Shown here in pieces: positions 34,960 to 38,639 of a stretch of 38,639 nucleotides of DNA. The translations under genes were made by a program, and so were the position numbers. The notes beneath the pieces are model-generated. The model did not search any database and had not been told where the DNA came from. It saw only the letters and a program-made list of their open reading frames with translations. How positions within the stretch are numbered: the stretch's first letter is position 1; every line of letters begins with the position of its first letter. The stretch covers positions 40,279,553-40,318,191 of the forward strand of contig NC_068999.1 of the NCBI RefSeq assembly GCF_001194135.2, read 5' to 3'. This DNA is from Octopus bimaculoides. Its lineage: Eukaryota.

Positions 34960-35910
34960 TATTCACAACGAGGTACTGATGAAATTTCTTTAAATGAAAG
35001 GAATTCGCTACTAGAAGAAAGAAGAAAATAGCATTTTCAAAACACTTTGGTTGTTCAGTTACAGATGAAACAACTGAGGATTGTCTCTGGTAATTTCTTA
35101 CGATATTTGTTACAAATATTTTGGCCAGAATTATGTTAGGTTTAAAGAAGTTTTCATCCAATTATTTGGAATTATTTCCTCGACATTTTTTTGTAAGTCT
35201 TTTCATGAAGGTTGAAAAGGTTCACAGCATGCGTTTGAAACGTTGCAACAGAATCGTTTTATTGCTTTCTTAGTGAAACCGAAAAACAGATTAATTATAA
35301 AAGTGAATAAACTCCTGTACAATTTGAACACAAACTTAAAAGTTACCAAACTTTGGATTCCCATGTTACTAGCATATCCAAGAAATAAATGGATGATCTT
35401 TGTGTATGGATATTCAATAATATAAAATTAAAAACTGGAGAAATTAAAATTTTCATGTTCCAGTCTGCAGGTTCTTTATATGCAAACGGTTAATACTTTC
35501 GCTCTCATAGTTTCCAGGAATGAAATCTAACGCGCAAAATATCGATATTCCTTAGAAACCAAGAATAAAATATGAGGTTTTGTTTTAAAGTTAATACCTT
35601 TCGGAAACTCAATGTTAGAATATATATATCCTTGCATATTACTGATTTACTCATCACTGATCCAGGAGAACATGGTTGGCTCATTGTGAAATGGTTTACG
35701 TTTGGCAGGAATTGGCGATCCATTGCAGATTCTGCTTGAACTGACAAAGCGGACCAGAACAACCATCCACAATCCTTAGTACAACTTAGTGTAAAAAATG
35801 AACGTGTAAGAAGACATCAAATAATCTAGTGGCAGTTACAATAGATACAAAGTATGAGGTGAAACTAAATACAGCATTTTTTTAAATATCCAGAGACGGT
35901 GGCATTGTAA
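34960..35910 (+). mobile_element. Decayed Academ-like DNA transposon ORF remnant (XPG-like plus C-terminal region)
   Basis: Collinear motifs across stops and frameshifts: SQRGTDEISLN (cf. HEEADT), SFHEG*KG..AFETLQQN (cf. GCDxxSxFxGxGK), MIFVYG (cf. LYG), TDPGEHGW (35656-35679), ILLELT. The terminal Cys cluster is mostly eroded. Confidence 0.45.
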
Positions 35911-36689
35911 AGCTTTGAACCTGAAATTGCCATATCGTTGGGTATAATTGTATGAACTGACACAAAACTCTAATATATTGATAACGCCAGTGAATGTCAA
36001 TGTGAAATACAGTCAGTTATTAGGTATGGATATTTTGAGAGACGGTCGCGTATTTTAAAATTGTGTCGAAATATTTAGCTTCTTTTTCATCCTTTGCATC
36101 ATTGATACATGGGCTGATGCTTTTCTGTGTTGTTTTTGTTGCGGTTATTGAATCAGAAAGATATTTAACATCAAAACAGCATCAATCGTACGCACCTCTC
36201 CGCAGATATATTGCAGCTACTTTCAATACATTTTTAGGAGTAGTTTTTGCCATACATTAGCCGATACGTCTGCTTCCGTAAATAATCTTGGCTTAACCGT
36301 GCTGCGAGATAGAATTTTGTTCTGTTATTACTAACGGGTCGAATAACCACGTCAACACTCTCACGTTTGCACTAAATAATTTATGAAGGCAAATTGTACA
36401 CATAAATAGTGCGAAAGTTTCAGTCAAGCGTTTTTGCTTATTTTGATTTCCTCACACATCATCATTTTTAGCTCTTAAACTAGTATAATCTCATATATTA
36501 TATTTCAAGTTTATGGATCAATGATGCCAAGCTGAAATAAACCTAAAATTAGGAACTGAGAAATAGAAACTCGGAAATTTTCTTGTAATTAATTCTCCTT
36601 CAAATTTTATTCCTAATGCCGAGTAGATAAACAATTCTTCCAAATGTGTTATTGACATAAACCAGAGGATATTATTAAAGCGTCGAATG

Positions 36690-36810
36690 AACAGAATTTA
36701 TAGTGTGTTCGATAGAATGTTCGCGTGATTTGTTCTGACTCTGATATCAAATCACGTAGATTTCAAATTTGCTTTTCATCCTTCCGAAGTGGATAAATAT
36801 CAGACCAAGA
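36690..36810 (+). mobile_element. SINE family 2 fragment
   Basis: TTTGCTTTTCATCCTTCCGAAGTGGATAAAT matches the 29-kb copies. Confidence 0.6.
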
Positions 36811-36829
36811 AACTGTTAGACATCAGAGT

Positions 36830-37190
36830 AGATATCTTTTGGTCTTTTATCCAACTCTTTGCGAGAGACGACATTGCTGCCTACATCTATTGACCTGAAT
36901 TCAACAGCTTATTCATCAGAAGCAAAGAGAAGAGTTGTGCCGTAGCCTCCAATGACAAAAAGCCTTGCCCACGCTTGCACATACAGATCCAAATAAATTT
37001 TAACTAGACCCTCAATACATTCGTCTTGCATTTCAATGCTTCTACGTGCTATCCCTGCCTTTACAAAACTAAATACTTTAAGGAGGACGTTGAGATTTTG
37101 TTTCTAATGCAATCGCGTTTGTGACATTGTAATTAACACTGATTGGGTGACAGATGGCAACTCAGAAGAATGGAATATAGTGGCGTTCCT
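36830..37190 (-). mobile_element. Possible decayed RTE-like RT fragment
   Basis: KQNLNVLLKVFSFVKAGIARRSIEMQDECIEGLVKIYLDLYVQAWARLFVIGGYG loosely follows the RT segment FxDxxKAF...LVxxIxxLYxxAxAxV. Confidence 0.25.
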
Positions 37191-37623
37191 TAACATGAAT
37201 TGTGTTTGAAGTGTGCCAAGTGACATTATATCAATCACACATATGCGAAAAACCTAGAATGTGGTAAAGTTTATATTTGCATATAATTGCTGCAATATTC
37301 CAGGCGTTCATTTTTTGGTTGACGACGTTGACATTCGTGTGAGTGTCACCTGTGATGTGCATTCTATACTAAGAGAGTTCATAATGTACAAACTGGAAAA
37401 GCGCCATGTTGCAACGTATTTAATGATAATAGCTGTTGTTGCTATGAGCTAAATACATACACATATATGAGAAAAATTAGATTACAACTCTCTCCCTCCT
37501 CCCTAAGCAATAATTTTATTCTATATGTCTCTTTCTCATCATCTTTCTATCTCCTTTTTTCTTAGTATTATGCTTGTATACATATATACTTATATATATA
37601 TGCATGTATGTATATATATATAT

Positions 37624-37944
37624 NNNNNNNNNNNNNNNNNNNNNNNNNNNNNNNNNNNNNNNNNNNNNNNNNNNNNNNNNNNNNNNNNNNNNNNNNNNNN
37701 NNNNNNNNNNNNNNNNNNNNNNNNNNNNNNNNNNNNNNNNNNNNNNNNNNNNNNNNNNNNNNNNNNNNNNNNNNNNNNNNNNNNNNNNNNNNNNNNNNNN
37801 NNNNNNNNNNNNNNNNNNNNNNNNNNNNNNNNNNNNNNNNNNNNNNNNNNNNNNNNNNNNNNNNNNNNNNNNNNNNNNNNNNNNNNNNNNNNNNNNNNNN
37901 NNNNNNNNNNNNNNNNNNNNNNNNNNNNNNNNNNNNNNNNNNNN
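37624..37944. other. Assembly gap
   Basis: N run. Confidence 0.99.
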
Positions 37945-38044
37945 AGATTAAGATTAATGTAATATAAAGCTGAAGCAAATTAACACCAAATATACAGTGC
38001 GTGTGTTTTTATTGCCTAAACTGGCAATATGACCATCCCCAAGT

Positions 38045-38049
<5 letters not shown>

Positions 38050-38092
<43 letters not shown>

Positions 38093-38561
38093 GCAAACAT
38101 ATATATGTATATGGATACTACACATAGACGCATATATATATATATATATATACACATATATATATATATTTACATTAAATAATTCCCATATAAATATACT
38201 TTTATATACGTTCTATGTGCATATGCAAAATTCTAACCATATATGCAAATCGGTACACACTGGCGCACGCACGCACAGACACACACACACACACAATTAA
38301 ATGTATATACGGAGATGGATAGATAGATAGAATTGCACAAAAGGCTAAGAAAAATAATATTTGAAAGCGTTTGCGTTGTACGGCTTGAAAAAATCATGTA
38401 TGTGCGTATAGGCGTAAGACTAATTTTCTGGAAACGTATACAACTATACCAACATATATAACCCAATCACATTTATATCCACACATACTCATCCACACAC
38501 ATACACACACACATACACATACATATACGCACACACACACACACATACACACACACACACA

Positions 38562-38639
<78 letters not shown>
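38050..38639. repeat. (TA)n and (CA)n tracts separated by short unique spacers
   Basis: Visible at about 38050-38170, 38265-38295 and 38480-38639. Confidence 0.9.

Noticed and set aside
34976-35000. CTGATGA-a-ATTT-cttt-AAAT-GAAA hammerhead-like string
   Set aside because: Stem is AT-only, stems I and III are absent, and it lies in an apparent transposase remnant; likely chance.
36920-36965. Kelch-like LFVIGGY on the minus strand
   Set aside because: Single motif followed by a stop, with no repeat periodicity.

Overview
AT-rich, microsatellite-dense eukaryotic scaffold DNA with four N gaps. The SINE families and repeat landscape look like an octopus/coleoid genome; this comes from recalled consensus sequences, not a database search. 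I recognise no intact host protein-coding gene, tRNA, rRNA or CRISPR array, so the window looks intronic or intergenic. Most ORFs in the track are translations of simple repeats or gaps. Interpretable content: many tRNA-derived SINE copies from at least four families, and decayed fragments of LINEs, a Penelope-like RT, an Academ-like transposase and a MADF-like domain. The best observation is a 636-bp head-to-head SINE dimer (10628-11263) inside one exact 16-bp direct repeat. Each arm has a tRNA-like head, an (AAT)n spacer and a hammerhead-ribozyme-like tail whose stem II shows a compensatory base-pair change between arms. This suggests a ribozyme-tailed SINE mobilised by Penelope-like elements. 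Both ribozyme copies here are defective and no activity is claimed.
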